Below the pieces are notes generated by a model, which was given only the letters and a program-made list of their open reading frames with translations, had not been told where the DNA came from and made no database searches. Shown here piece by piece: positions 25,206 to 38,283 of a stretch of 59,024 nt of DNA. Source of the DNA: Trichodelitschia bisporula (Eukaryota); assembly GCA_010356995.1 (NCBI GenBank), contig ML996695.1:1001061-1060084 (forward strand), given 5' to 3'. Position 1 is the stretch's first letter. Each line of letters opens with the position of its first letter. The position numbers and the translations under genes were made by a program.

Positions 25206-26429
25206 CTAAAGCCCAAAGCAATTAGCATAATACACCACCGTCGCCGCCCAATCCGTAAACAACCCCTTGATCCCAACCTGCTTGACCAGCACATCAAGCA
25301 CCGTATACATATCCCCATCATTATTAATAACCTCGTGAATAGGCTGGTAAAACGAGTCTCCACCTTTATTCAACCACCCTGACCGATCAAAACTCCACGT
25401 CACAATATCCAACCCTGCCTTCCGCGCTGCAACCGCGTAGGCGGACGGCACAATCTTCTTATTCGCATCCAGCTGCGTCAGCGCCCAGAAACCCGGTGCC
25501 ACGATCTTGAGCCCCTGCGCCGCGAGCCCGGGCAGACTGGCCGTGGCATTGATGTAGCCCTCCTGCGTCGAGACTCGGGGGTCGAGAAACAGCGCCTGCT
25601 CAGCGAAGTCCGGCGCCGTTTTGATCCAGTAAGCAATGTCCTCGAACTGGAAGGACTGCGGCCAGACGCGGCTGGCGTCGATGCCGGCGGCTTTGTAGTC
25701 GGCGATGATGTCGCTGAGGAATTGTTCCTGGGTGTAGCCGTTGAAGGGCATGGGCACGGCGGGGAGCTTGGCCTCGGAGGTGAATTTCAGCCCTAGGTCG
25801 TCGACCATGGCGATGTACGCCTTGTGCGTCATCAAGGTCCCACAGGTGGCGTACAGATCTGTGCGGAACCGCGGCGTGCCGTCCAGGTATTCGGTCAGCG
25901 TGGTGGCATTCAAATTCACGCCATCCATCTTCGCGCACAAGCTTTCAAACTCCGCCAGTGTGATATCGGCGGTACAGCAATTCGCACTCGCCGGGATCCC
26001 GCGCTGATTATCCGCCGGTGTGAAGCCCTGCGTGCATTTCTTCGCCAGTTCCGGGCGCGTCAGGATGTCCGTCGTGGAATGCAGGTCGCACATGCTGTGC
26101 CGGCACACGAGCTGCTTGTCCGCCGTGAAGGTGACGTCGCACTCGATGACGCCGGCGCCCATTCGCGCTGCCGCTGCATAGCCCTCGCGTGTATGCTCGG
26201 GGAACTGCAGGGGCGCGCCGCGGTGTGCGAAGACGAAGTCGCTCCGGTGGAAGGGGCCCTCCGAGCACGCGGCTAGCTGGTCTTTGAGCGGGCCGGCGTC
26301 CATGTTGTCGACGAGGTAGTAGGGCCGCGGGCCGAGTTCGACGCGCATCGGCGTTTGATGGTGGTGCGGGCCGCCCCAGGGGAGGGCGGCGGCGGAGGAG
26401 GCCAGGAGGAGGGGGAGGGAAGGTCGCAT
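25206..26429 (-). CDS. Secreted glycerophosphodiester phosphodiesterase (GDPD), intronless
   Basis: Signal peptide MRPSLPLLLASSAAA; AHRGAPLQFPEHT, IECDVTFT.D.QLVCRH, PQSF, GLFTDW. Confidence 0.93.
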   Translation of the reverse strand: MRPSLPLLLASSAAALPWGGPHHHQTPMRVELGPRPYYLVDNMDAGPLKDQLAACSEGPFHRSDFVFAHRGAPLQFPEHTREGYAAAARMGAGVIECDVTFTADKQLVCRHSMCDLHSTTDILTRPELAKKCTQGFTPADNQRGIPASANCCTADITLAEFESLCAKMDGVNLNATTLTEYLDGTPRFRTDLYATCGTLMTHKAYIAMVDDLGLKFTSEAKLPAVPMPFNGYTQEQFLSDIIADYKAAGIDASRVWPQSFQFEDIAYWIKTAPDFAEQALFLDPRVSTQEGYINATASLPGLAAQGLKIVAPGFWALTQLDANKKIVPSAYAVAARKAGLDIVTWSFDRSGWLNKGGDSFYQPIHEVINNDGDMYTVLDVLVKQVGIKGLFTDWAATVVYYANCFGL

Positions 26430-27785
26430 GGTGGTGAGGTGGAGAGCTGGAGCTGGAGCTGGAGGTGAGGTTAACGGCTGCGGGAGCTTCGGGTCATATG
26501 TCTCAGCCGGGGAGAGCCTGCCTGGCTAATTTGCTTAGCTTGAGTGCTATTCTTGCCGGCTGGATGGCCGTCCTTGACCGTGTACGCGTCGGCGAATGGT
26601 TTCGACATCTGGTGGCACGCCTTGCGGCGATCTCAAGGGCTGTGGTTGTTACACCCGCCGTTGACGTCGCTGGTTCCTGGGCTTTCCGCGTGGAGGTCGG
26701 ACGAGGCTGTCATTGTCGAGCTCGAATTCGCTGCCATATCGCGAGAGAAGAGGGACATGTCGATCCCACGTGGGCTCGTGGATCGAGAATACTCGTTTCC
26801 TAAGAGGAGCCAAGATGGAAGACGGGAACTGGACACAAGCTTCGAGGTCTCTGTAGAGGGGCAGGGTTGGTGAGTGGTCTTGACCCCTGTCGGTCTGTGG
26901 CTACCCCGCGCGGGGCTAGGTCAAGCAAGGAAGCTGGAGGAGTGGGGTACGTGGGATGCTGTCACTGATCAGGAACAGGCGGAAGCGGAAGCGGAAGCGA
27001 GAGCAGAAATCAAAGCAATTGAAGGGATGAGATTATAGGCAATGTACTTTTAGGCGTCTCCTAAGTGTTCAATGGCTTTGCGGACATTTTGGACGGGACA
27101 GTAACGCTGGGCGAGGTGCAAGGCTTCAAGAAGTGCTCTCAGTGACAACATGGTGAGCCGCACGAATTGAGTTCCTTGGAGAAAATACTGCTCTTGATAT
27201 AGGTAGTAAAAACTTCATAAGACGGCAAATGCCCTCTGAAATGGCCTTGTAAGGGTTCAACTTCCTGTCTATAGAGCCAACTTAACTTTACCGGTTATCA
27301 GCTCACATGACCCCACACTGGGTATATATACTGTTGCTCTCGCATAGATCATTCAACGGGGACTTCTCCCCCGTTCAACCTTCATCACCGTATCAACTGC
27401 TCAGCGAGGCAACCTTTACACACTGACCTACCTCTGTACTCTGGGTTCGAGAAGAGATGATCGCACGTGTCGGCGGTGAAGATAAGCTACATGGTTGACT
27501 CCTTTGCCACGGATAATGCATCGATAATGGCTGCTGTCCTTCACCGACGTGTATGAGCATCTCTTCACGTACCCAGCATACAAAGGTAAGTGTGTTCTCC
27601 GCTAGCTAGCCGAGAGACGCATGACTCTGCTCTCATTTGAAGGTCGAGTACAAGCGAGCTCTGTCAGGCATATCTCGAGGAGTGCGACTGGAAAGACGGA
27701 CTGTCCAATTTTGCAATTCGACATGCTTTAACCAGGTGCGAAAACGGAGACAGCCGTGGTACGGTCCACCTATCAGTCTCCCGTC

Positions 27786-29202
27786 TCAAGCCGCCGCACT
27801 CGTAACAACCCCCCCCTTCACCGTCGTCCTTGCCGTCCCCGGATCGGCAATAACCTCCACAACCCTCTTCCGACTCCTCCAATTCGGCTCCTCCTTGCCA
27901 AACAGCACAAAATCCGCCGGTTCCCCTACACCCAGCTCCATCGTCGTCACAGCACACCCAATCGCTTCCTTCGCCCGGCTCGACACGCATTCCTTCCGCA
28001 AATTAGCCAACGCTTCCGCACCACGCGGGGGCACTTACAAACAGCAACTCGGCATCCTGCGCCGTCCCGGCTCCGAACAATCCGACGCCCAGGCTCGCCA
28101 CCCCGAGTGGATCGCAGCTTCCCCACGGCGTGAATGCGTTCCCCACGTTGTTCACCGCCAGCGCGCAGTTCAACCCATGCGAACGTATCATTTCCGGTAT
28201 CGGCAGCGTGCCCCGTGCACCGCTGGGTGAGTGCATCATGAAGAGGTCCGAGGTGGGCAAGCCGACAAATGAGACCGGGAGCTTGCGTATCTCGGAGCGC
28301 ACGCGGTCCCATTCGCTGGCAGAGAATGAGGCGAGGCGTGTGCAGTGACCAAGAGTGATATTCCTAAGCGGTGAAACCGTGGGAAAGACATTGAGAATGT
28401 CGAGCGCGGTCCAGATGAAGGGCTTCTTTGTTGAGACGATTGTGTAGTCTAGATGCAGGTCTAGCTGTTTACCGTGCTGAACGGCTAATTCTGATATCCA
28501 CTTCACGTTTTTGAAAGACCCGTCATCACTGGAGAATGTGCTTCCGTCAACTTCAACATACGGTGTGCTCCCCACAACTTCGACTTCCTCCATCTGGGCG
28601 GCCGCTTCCATTAAGGCCCGGGTCTCGTCTGCGCCAGGGCCTGAGAATAATGGATCCTGGGCAAATGCGCATAGCTGCACTTGGCATCTATTCTGAAACT
28701 CCTTCTTCAGAGCAACTCCAGCCTGAAGACACATAAGCCCAACGACGGCGTCGACTTCGACAAAGGCCCGCATGACTGTGACACCGAACCTAATGCTCTC
28801 CTCGATGAGCACACGGCCACGGCGGAGGAGATCGGCAGGCTCAAAACGGCTCTTCGCTTGCTGAGTCAAGGAGAGCGCTTCGGCGAAGTCGCCGCGTGTG
28901 GGTCGGAGGTCGGAAAACTTGGGGTCTTGGAGGAGAAAGCATTTGTCTAGGTGGATATGGGCGTGACAAAGAGAGGGAGTGAGAAGTCGGCCTCCTGCTT
29001 CGAGGACGGTGGGCTTGGGAGGTTCAAGACGACGAAGGATGTGCGGGGTTAAAGATGATATGACTCCGTCTTTCAGGTGGATGTCCCATAGAAGGGGTTT
29101 GCGGGGGATACGGGCACCGCTGATGAGAGTGAGCTGCGTACCAGGTTCAGGATCTGTAGAGATGTCGATAGTTTCTTCCTGTGATGTCGATTCGGTAGCC
29201 AT
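27786..29202 (-). CDS. Metallo-dependent amidohydrolase, cytosine deaminase-like
   Basis: PSLCHAHIHLDK metal motif, DLHLD, LGHCTRL, LPTSDL, NNVGNAFTPWG, C-terminal GEPADFVLF; one intron ~27992-28037. Confidence 0.88.
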
Positions 29203-29813
29203 GATGAGTAGGTTGAATCCAAGTTCAGCGGGGTTGGCGTTCAAAGGAGGACGTCGGGAACAACAGTGGCACGCATGGGGATCGGCATCGGAGATACTTC
29301 TTTCGGTGAGATCAACTTGAGTTCTTCTGTATCCAGCACACTAGCATGGCTAGCCCAAAGAGCAACTGGGCCGCGCGTAGAAAGATGGGCTAGGGTTGAC
29401 ATTCCATGGAATTTATGCGTAGCTCTTAGTCTAGGTTGTCTTCGGAGTACGTATGTAGTCGTCAGCCCTCGCTGAGGGAACGGTGAAGAGTTCGGGAGCG
29501 ATAAGATCAGAGACGCTGGGGCAGGATGATGTACCAAAGGCAATTGTAAGCTTTCTATTTCGATTCCAATGGCATCATGAGGAAAAAGAAACAAGACGAG
29601 GCTGAGACGAGATGAAGAGAGGTTAGATTGATGTCGCACCCGCGCTTAAATCTGCCGCGCGTCTCAACCCCGAACAGATAGCGATGAGAGGAACCGCGCT
29701 GACTAAGCCACATCGGCCTCTGCAAGTCGCGACTTCGCGACATCTCCCACTAACACGCTACCCACCTTCCTCACCCACTTACGCAACGGACGTTCATTAT
29801 GATACAGACGCCA

Positions 29814-31465
29814 ATGAACCGGCAAAACTATCCCCGCCAGCGAGGTACGTTCAATCCCAACATTATTGGCAAGCACCCCGCAACAAGCAGCAGCGATCAC
29901 CACTCCTCAACATCTCTGCATAATACGGCGTACTGCTCCACGTCACCTTCCCTCCCATCTTTTATGCCCCCATTGCACATACTTTGGCATAACTAACAGC
30001 AAAACTATTTAAAGGCCCCGGCCCCATGGTCGCGAACCCACAACATGCAGCCCAAGTCAACGCCGCCCAACAACAAGCCATGCTCGCCCAAGACCAAGCA
30101 AAGCGCGACTTCGCACGTCGCCAGTCACGCGTGCCAACCGACCGCGACCTCCCCGAAGGCACCGAGGAGATCGACATCGGGGCCGTGACGCCGCGGTACC
30201 GGGCGATGCGCGACCTCGAGCGTCGCCTCGACGCCATGATCATGCGCAAGCGGCTGGACATGCAGGACTCGCTGCAGCGCAACGTGAAGCGGCAGCGCAC
30301 GCTGCGCGTGTGGATCTCCAACACTGCTGAGAACCAGCCCTGGCAGCAGACGGCCATTGATCCTGATGCATTTGACTTCGGTGATCCGAGCCAGTCGAGC
30401 TTCCGCGTTAAGATCGAGGCCCGTCTTCTGCCTGAGGAGGACGAGGAGGAGGATGATGCGATGGACACCGATGGCCCGAAGCTGCCCAAGCCGTCTGGCC
30501 AGCGCACGCGCTTTTCGCACTTCTTCAAGCAGTTGAGCGTCGAGTTCGAGCGCACGCCCACGATGCAAGGCGAGGGTCTCGCAAAGGTCGAGTGGAAGAA
30601 GCCGGAACCCCGTCCCGGGGCGCCGCCCGCGCCAGTCAACACCGACGCCGACTTCGACTGCATCCAGTTCGAGCGCAAGAATGACGAAAACGTCAACCTG
30701 CGCATCAGCCTCGTGCGCGACGAGAACCCTGAGCGCTCGGTCCTGAGCCCGGGGCTCGTTGACCTGCTCGACGAGACCGAGGACGACCGCGCCGGCGTCG
30801 TTATGGGCATCTGGAACTACATCCGCGCGAACAAACTGCTGGAGAACGAGGACTCGCGCACAGTGCACTGTGACGCGCGCCTCAAGGCCGTACGCCCCCC
30901 TCTCCCTTTCGTAACTTTTCGCACTAACAAGTCCTCCAAGCTCTTCAACAACGCCGACACGATACAATTCCCTTACATCCCGAATCTGATCCTCGGGCAC
31001 CTCACCCCGCTCCCGCCTATTACTCTCGCCTACACCGCGCGCGTCGACCCGGACTACGCCGCAAACCCGGTGCCCACGATCTACGACCTCACCGTCCTAA
31101 CCGACGACCCCCTCCGCGCCACAATGAGTGACATCCTCAAACCCACCCCCGCCCGCACCACGGCGCTCCAGCAAATCGCCGCCATAGACGAGTCCCTCGC
31201 CCTCGCGGTCCAGGCCCTGGCCTCCGCTCGTGCGAAACACACGTTCTACGACCAGCTCGGCCACGACCCGGTTGCGTTCCTGAAGCGCTTTATCGCGAGC
31301 CAGCAGCGTGATTTGGAAGTTATCCTTGGGGAGGCGACGAGAGGCGCACCGGAGGAGGGGACTGGGGAGGAGTGGCGCAGGGGCGGGAGAGTGGGTGTTT
31401 GGGGGAGTGAGGGGGCTAGGGAGGGAGTTGCGCTGTTTTTGGCGAAGGGGGGGAGGGCGGTTTAG
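29814..31465 (+). CDS. SWI/SNF and RSC complex SWIB-domain subunit (BAF60/Swp73/Rsc6/Ssr3 family)
   Basis: ERRLDAMIMRKRLD, RTLRVWISNT.ENQPWQ, RFSHFFK, SWIB core GIWNYIRANKL..VHCDARLK, SQQRDLEVILGE. The short 5' exons (start 29814) are approximate; intron ~30889-30940. Confidence 0.92.
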
Positions 31466-32110
31466 GTTGGCCTTGGACAGTGACGGAGGGGGAGTTGGGT
31501 CTTGCGTATCTCTGGTGCTAGGACTTGTTAGGGGAGCCAGGGGTGTCGGGTGTTCGGCGCATGATGTGTAGGATTTGAGTTAGGCGTCATACCAATGCCA
31601 TTCATGCTACGTACAGAGAACCACCATATTCCGCCGGTCCGCGCGAAAGCGCAACGGCGCGTGAGAGTGACGAAGGACATGTGCTCATTATATTCCGCGC
31701 CCGGCCCCTTGTGAAAGGGGGATAGATGTGTATGAGAGAAAAAAAAGGGGGAAGGGGGGGGGGGGGGGGGTGCAGGCATCTACATGCTCAAAATCCGGAA
31801 TCAGTCTACGGGCCGCTAAAACGGGTGGCCAAAACGAGCTACATCGATGTGATGGCAGGCGGCAAGCATAAAACGCGTAATTCATCACTGTGCCCCCAAG
31901 AAGAGAAAATGCCAATTCCCAATTCCCATACCAATCCATCCATAGAGTACCATCCAGCCAGACCGCCCAAGCAAAAGTCCCAGCATCAAAAATCGCTGCA
32001 AAATGGCCACATCCCACGCGAACACAGCCAGACAGCATTTGCAGAAATGCAAAAACGCCTTCAACGCCCATCGCTCAAAGAAAACAACGTCACTAACCCT
32101 CCCGCTCGCG

Positions 32111-34781
32111 CTAAAACACCGCCGCAAGCCCATTCTTTGAATGCCGTTTCGAGAAGCGTTTACGGCCGCGTAGACTCGCGGTGTCGTCATCCCCCTTGCG
32201 CAGCCGCGATGACGCGCTCGGGATGTTCACGCCGTCGAGGGCGTCGCCGGGTCCCTGGCCGCCGCCCAGGGTACTCGTCGGGCTGCTGAGTGCGGAGCCG
32301 AGGTCGTTGAAGCCTGAGTCGCCGCTGTAGGAGTTTGTGAGGGACTGGGAGAGGGCGAATTCGCGCGCACGGGCTAGCGTGTCGAGCCACTCCTGCGCAG
32401 CGTAGTGGCTGCCGTCCGGGTCGGAGGTTGTGGCCTTTGGGTCTTCGAAGAGGAGATGCTTCTCCGTCTTGGGTGGGATTAGCTGCTGCTTTCTGTGTAG
32501 TTAAGGAGGGGTACGTACCGTGTCGACGCACCACACCGTTAGACCCTTTGCGTCCTTGAACGAGCGCCAGGTCGTCGTCGTCGGCAGGAGGGAGAGCTCA
32601 AGCTTAGCCTTCTTCTCGTCGCCGCCGGATGCAGCAAGGATGATGCGCGCACTGCTGGTGATCATGACGAGGCGCTGGCGCTTCTTGGTCGTATTCCCGC
32701 CAAAGAAGCGGGAGAACTTCTTCGGCGTCGCATCTGACCCGGTCGCCTCACCTCCACGCGCATGCGGGCTGTGCGGTTGCGGCGTCACCGTGACATTCAA
32801 GTTACCCAGCTTGAGAATGCGCTCATTGTTGCGCGTGAGCACAGGGGACCAGTCGATATCGAGCTGAGAGGGCGGGGGTAGCTCGGTGATGAGGCGGGGA
32901 TGAGCGGGGCGGAGAGGGGTAGTGCTAGCGCCGGGTACGGAAACGCCGGGAGCTGAGACTATGAAACGGGCACACGTAAGCAGGCGCACGACGCGCCGGA
33001 AAAAGCAGGGCACACTTACGGGTGAGCCGGATGGGCTCAGTGGGGGCAGAGTAGGGTTTGAGACGCGGGGCCTTTTGTGACCACAAGTCGCGGCCCCACT
33101 TGATGCCGTCGAAGAAGGCGTGGTTGCGGATGTGTTCGATAGGTAAGCGCTTGACTGGGTCGAGGACGAGGAGGCGCTCGACGAGGTCGCGCGCGACGGG
33201 CGGGAAGCCGTCGGGGAAGGTGTAGTCGAGGGCGACGATCTTCTGGAAGGTCTGATACTCGTTGGCGGCTTTGAAGGGCGGGCGGCCCGCGAGCAGTTGG
33301 TATATTATGCAGCCGAAGGCCCACAAGTCGCTCGCTTTGCATGCGTTCTTGTCCGTCAACAGCTCGGGGCTCACGTACTCGGCTGTGCCGACGAAGGAGT
33401 TGGCGCGGTCGTGCCCGCCCATGTCCATAGGGTTGTCGGAGGTCGAGGCGCCGTTGGAGCGGGGAGAGTCCAGAATCTTCGCAGTACCGAAGTCGGTGAT
33501 TTTGATGTGCATTTGCGAGTCGAGCAACACATTCTCCGGCTTCAGGTCGCGGTGTATCACGCCGCGCGAGTGCATGTGGCCGATTGCGTCCAGAATCTGT
33601 GCGCCATAGAAGCGCGCGCATTCTTCATCAAACGTTCCCAGTTTTTTGAGTACGCCGAGCAGCTCGCCGTTGCTCGCAAGGTCCAGGACAAAGTAGAGTG
33701 ACCGCTCGTCCTGGAAAGTGTAGTACAGCCGAACGATCCCCGGGTGGTCGGTAAGGCGGTTTAGCGTGTCCTTTTCAATGTTGACATACTTGACCTTCTT
33801 CTCCTTAATGATGTGGCGCTTATCAAGCACTTTGATCGCATACTCCCGCAAGGTCTGTCGGTCCGTCGCGGCCAGTACCGTACTGTAGGAGCCTTCTCCG
33901 AGTGTGCGTCCGAAGTTGAAGTCCTTGACACCCTTCTTTAGCACCTTGTTCACTGTGCGTCCAGAAGCGTCTACCTCCTGGCGCAAGGCAACAGCGGCAC
34001 CCTTCTCTTTCCACTCCTCGCTGCTGGGCAGAGGTCCACCCTCGATGGAATACGGCGACTGGCCAGGCATAGTGGGAGGCATCCGCCTCGAACTCCGCCG
34101 CGGCGGCGCTACGCCGTTGATTCCACGTTCACTCCGGCTCGGATCGCGCGAAAGCATATTGGCTTGCTGCATGGCGGCGGCGGTGGCAGCGGCGCGGGAA
34201 CTGCTACGCTGTACCATGGACACTGTCGGTATGGCGGGCTGCGGTGGTTCGTCTCCGTATCTGTATGTGCCGAAATTGGAGTTCTGTGAAGAACCCGAGA
34301 TGTTCTGGTGATTGTAGATGCTTGACATGGGACGCGAGGTGTTGGGTGCGTAAGAGTTTGAAGCATTCATGGCGGAAGGGTGGATGGGGTATTGCATTTG
34401 GTGCTGAGCGAGTGGCACGGATTGTCGATGTGAGGCCTTGAGGTAGGCTGTGTGGTCTGAGGGGTAAGTCGTCGGCGGGGGGCCGGCGGACGGCGTCACG
34501 GCGGAGTAGTCGCTCGGGTCAAAGCCGAGGGAAGAGGAAAAGGACGAATCGTATGTTGGACCTGAATATGGCTGAGGATTTTCCGTGACTGTACTGCACG
34601 AGGAGTGAGAGGATGGCGGGGGATAGGGGGCGGAGCGGGATGACGAAAGTGGTGCAGGCGCAGATGTGGATGCGGACGCTGATGCTGATGCGGAGGGGGC
34701 AGATGAAGGCTCGTCGTCTGTGTCGGGGTTTGCAATTCGCAAGCCGCCAAGTGCTTCCGACAAGCTAATGTCGCCGTTCAT
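32111..34781 (-). CDS. PDK1: 3-phosphoinositide-dependent protein kinase PDK1 ortholog (Pkh1/Ksg1 type) with C-terminal PH-like domain
   Basis: LGEGSYSTV, YAIKVLDKRHIIKEKKVKYV, HRDLKPEN, DFGTAK, RANSFVGTAEYVSPE. Two introns; last exon ends KRFSKRHSKNGLAAVF* (stop at 32111-32113). Confidence 0.96.
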
Positions 34782-35109
34782 GGTGCGCGAGATGTGTTGT
34801 GCGGTCGTGTTGGGGGTGTGATGCGTAGACGGGTGGTCTAGTGTTGCGAGAGGTTGAAGTGAGTGCGCGGGTTGGTAGCGACGGGACACGAGCTAGGACG
34901 ATGCCGGGAGCGGGCCACGGCGATCAGGACCCCGGGGGGGGGCACTTTGCACTTTGGCGCGGGATTGTGGCGGATCGTGGCAGCGAGAGGAAGGAAACGA
35001 GGGTTCGCAGCGTCGTGGTTGGCCTATGAGTTGCAACGAGAGGCTTCTGTGGGTTGGGGAAACGGGAGTTAAGAGCGAGAGTGAGCCGGTGAAGCGTGTA
35101 AGGTTATGG

Positions 35110-35232
35110 GTGAGAGAGAGAGAAGGTGTTGATGCCGCTAATGCCGTGTTGTGTTTGAGAGAACGAGAGAGAGAAAGAGAGAGAAAAAAGCACAACAAGA
35201 GGAGAGAGACAGAGAGAGAGGGAGAAGAGAGG
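35110..35232. repeat. Imperfect (GA)n microsatellite / CT-rich tract in the PDK1 5' leader
   Basis: Runs of gagagagaga; reads CT-rich on the PDK1 sense strand. Confidence 0.7.
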
Positions 35233-36321
35233 TGGGTGGTTGGGATGTTGTTGGTGCAGTAGTCAGCTGTTTTGGTGGTTGGGGACGGTTTGAGGCCGTC
35301 GTCGTCGTCACTCTCTCTCTCTCCCACTCGTGTCAACGCAACTCCGAGACCGTTTCTTTTGTGTCAGCAAAAAGGCACTCAGGCACCCGGACTCTCACCG
35401 CACCAAGTCGTAAGGCAGAAACGTCGTCCGTGTCTCGATCCCTTTTCGGCCCTGGCTTATGTAAGATGGAAAGGGTCGTCATCGTCATCACCGAAGACCC
35501 ACTTCGACTTCACTTCAAGATTTCTTCTCTCCTCTTCTCTTCTCTTCATGTAGCATTCTTCTCTTCTTGACTTCTTTCTCCGTATCTTCTCAATTGTCCA
35601 CTGTCTCTGCTCTGTTGTCCTCATGACTTTGCGGTGCACAGTCCCAATCAAGCTCAATGTCCGCCGCATCGATGTATTGCACCCAAGCCCGCTATCGCCT
35701 GCCTTCCTCCAATAATCGTGGCTTATGCGCATTACGAAACCTCGATCCGGGCTTCACCAGATCGTCCCTTCGGATTTGTTCCACGTCACCTTCAGATGGC
35801 CATGTCTATTTCCGCCCCAGGGCTGAACCGCCAGGAACAGCCGTCGCCACAGTGACAAGGACATGCTCGCTATCGCTGTGAGATAGACTGCGCCTTGCAC
35901 ATGCCTTTCATGCGCCAATTCCCAGAGCAGCGTGAGTTGGCGTCTCTTAGCCTGAGGCCAATCGCCCGATATGGCGAAAAGCGAGCCTTGCTCTTTAGAT
36001 TCCACTTCATGCTTCGACGGTCAGCTTGTATCATGGCCTAGAATTGGCCAGCACGAAGAAAGGGAAACGAATGTAGAACAGGACACTCGGTGACTTGGTG
36101 GGCTGCTTCCTCAGCAGGGCTCTAGTTGGGATATAGCGATCAATGGATGCTAGCCCACCTCATTAGTCCTGCCTCCCTTGCCCACCATGTGTCTTTCCGG
36201 AAAAAAAAGGTGTTTGGCTACCATGTTCATGCAATTCAGCAGTTCAGAAGAACATCGTCCCTAAACATGCCGGCCTCGTGCTTCCGAGACATCACCCTCC
36301 CGTCTACCTCTAGCCCTCATC

Positions 36322-38283
36322 ATGATCCGTCTTCAGCAGACGCAACTTGGTATCACAGCCGCCGACATTCGTGATGCCGGGGCTCGATATGATCGTCGAC
36401 GCAAAGCAGCCAGCTCGGATCTCAACCTGCCACAGGGTGTTCGCCTTCTGGACCATGCCTCCAGAGTGCGCGTCCGCCGCGGCCCAGAACGCTCACGGGA
36501 TGACGCTCTCGTAACTGCACCCTCACCGCGTGTAGCTGAGCGTTTTGTGTCTTTGGACGACACATCCAGTTCCGAGGAAGGCTATGAATGGGAAGACGTT
36601 GCAAACACCAACCCTTCGTCCCGACGTCGAGGCCTGGGCACCGAAGCTAGCAGCGCAGGAACGGAAACGAGTGCCGAAGGCACCAGCATTGAAGATGCTA
36701 GCAAGGAGGAAAACGCCTCGTCCATTCACCCATCGGCCGTTCAGTCAGCCGAAAGCATCGGGAGAATCAGCAGCGTGCCACGCGTAACAAGCCACCTCCA
36801 GCTCCCTATCCGACCTCGGCGTCCCGTCAGCAGCAGTGAATCAAATATGCAGACCCCACCCCAGTTTGCCTTTGACGGCGCCTCCGACATGCGGGTCGCA
36901 TCCCATCACACTGGCCGTCCCTCGGCGGACTTGAGCACCCGGAAATCGTTCGACCTCTATAGGACTATCCACATCGGCTCCACCCAGAACGAGATTTCGT
37001 ATCGCCCTCTACGCCCGCGGATTCAATACATGCGCTTCTCTTCGGGTGCAAAACCCCTGCTAGGTTCGGAAGCCAGCTCCAGCAAATCCACCGACCACTT
37101 TCCTGATCAGCATCTCTCTGCCTTCATGGCTAACTCGGAGCTCAGCCGCTCGGCACCAAACCTGAGTGACACCCCCGCCATCCACCGCTCAGAGAGCCCA
37201 GGGACGACTCTCCTTGCGGACCTGGCCTCGGACCGTATCCAAGCGACCTCCAGCCGCAATTTTAGCGGCCAGACCACGTCATCGAGCAGTTCCTCAGCCC
37301 TCAGCGCCGCCATCAGCGGTACACCCTCCGGCCTCGAGACACTTGCCCGCCGCTGCGCCACCTTCCTTCAAAACCTCCCACCTACCTCACAGCGTCCATC
37401 GACGGGCACCTCCGGGCCTTCAACTGGCTCGCGCACAGCTGTATCGTCCCCTATACGCACCTCACAGACGTACATCTCGCGCCGGCCCGTCCCGCAGCAC
37501 TCTGCCTCCTCAAACTCCCTTTTCCGGCTCCGCAACAACTCACCCCCCACAGTTTCCTATCGCCCGGTGCCCACTGGCTCCCCTGCGGGCGAGCCCACCG
37601 TACCCGACCAAGTCGCTGAAACCACGGTATCCTATCCCCTAGTAGTCCATCCGCCAGCCGCCCCTCCGCCGTCTGACCAGCCAGCCCCCTTGCCCTCTGA
37701 CCAACCAGCCCCTTTTCACCGCCGCTGGTCTCGCCGCACACGCCCCCGCGGTCACGTCTCATCGGCGTCTGTGGACGCGGGCTCATCGCTGCTGAGAGGT
37801 ACAAGGGGGTCGCGGCCAGCCACGGCGGTGGCATTCGGGGAAGGTGCTACCATTCCTGAGGCCGGAGATGGGGCGTCCGGCTCAGTATCGCACACTGCTC
37901 GTGCCACTCATACTCGTCACGCTAGCATCGTCTCTCATGCTGCCAGTGCTGTGCATGCTGCCAGTGCCGCATCCATTGGGCGCACCGGCTTCTCGCGCGA
38001 CAGCGGCGACTTGCTCTCCAGTCTTCGTGGGGTGCTGCGGCGCGCGGTCTCTGATGCGGATCGGCGGGGTCGTGAGAGGCGGGGCTGGGGGTTTGGATCT
38101 CGGTTGCGCGATCAGGAGAATGAGGAGGAGGCGCAGATGGGTGTTGTTGCTGAGGAAATGGGGGCGTACATGGCGGAACGCGTTGGTGATGGAGGCATTA
38201 TGGAGGAGACGCCGCCGCCGGAGGGGAGGGTGGGGCGGTTGCTCGGTGGGAGGGGCGGAGGGCAGAGGGGTAATGAGGGGTAG
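36322..38283 (+). CDS. Hypothetical Ser/Pro-rich, probably disordered protein
   Basis: Uninterrupted 653-codon ORF; ordered-looking N-terminus and C-terminal DQENE..EETPP motif; no recognisable domain. Confidence 0.65.
   Translation: MIRLQQTQLGITAADIRDAGARYDRRRKAASSDLNLPQGVRLLDHASRVRVRRGPERSRDDALVTAPSPRVAERFVSLDDTSSSEEGYEWEDVANTNPSSRRRGLGTEASSAGTETSAEGTSIEDASKEENASSIHPSAVQSAESIGRISSVPRVTSHLQLPIRPRRPVSSSESNMQTPPQFAFDGASDMRVASHHTGRPSADLSTRKSFDLYRTIHIGSTQNEISYRPLRPRIQYMRFSSGAKPLLGSEASSSKSTDHFPDQHLSAFMANSELSRSAPNLSDTPAIHRSESPGTTLLADLASDRIQATSSRNFSGQTTSSSSSSALSAAISGTPSGLETLARRCATFLQNLPPTSQRPSTGTSGPSTGSRTAVSSPIRTSQTYISRRPVPQHSASSNSLFRLRNNSPPTVSYRPVPTGSPAGEPTVPDQVAETTVSYPLVVHPPAAPPPSDQPAPLPSDQPAPFHRRWSRRTRPRGHVSSASVDAGSSLLRGTRGSRPATAVAFGEGATIPEAGDGASGSVSHTARATHTRHASIVSHAASAVHAASAASIGRTGFSRDSGDLLSSLRGVLRRAVSDADRRGRERRGWGFGSRLRDQENEEEAQMGVVAEEMGAYMAERVGDGGIMEETPPPEGRVGRLLGGRGGGQRGNEG

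Noticed and set aside
29962..31000. Minus-strand ORFs of 282 and 291 aa
   Set aside because: Antisense to the well-supported SWIB-domain gene.
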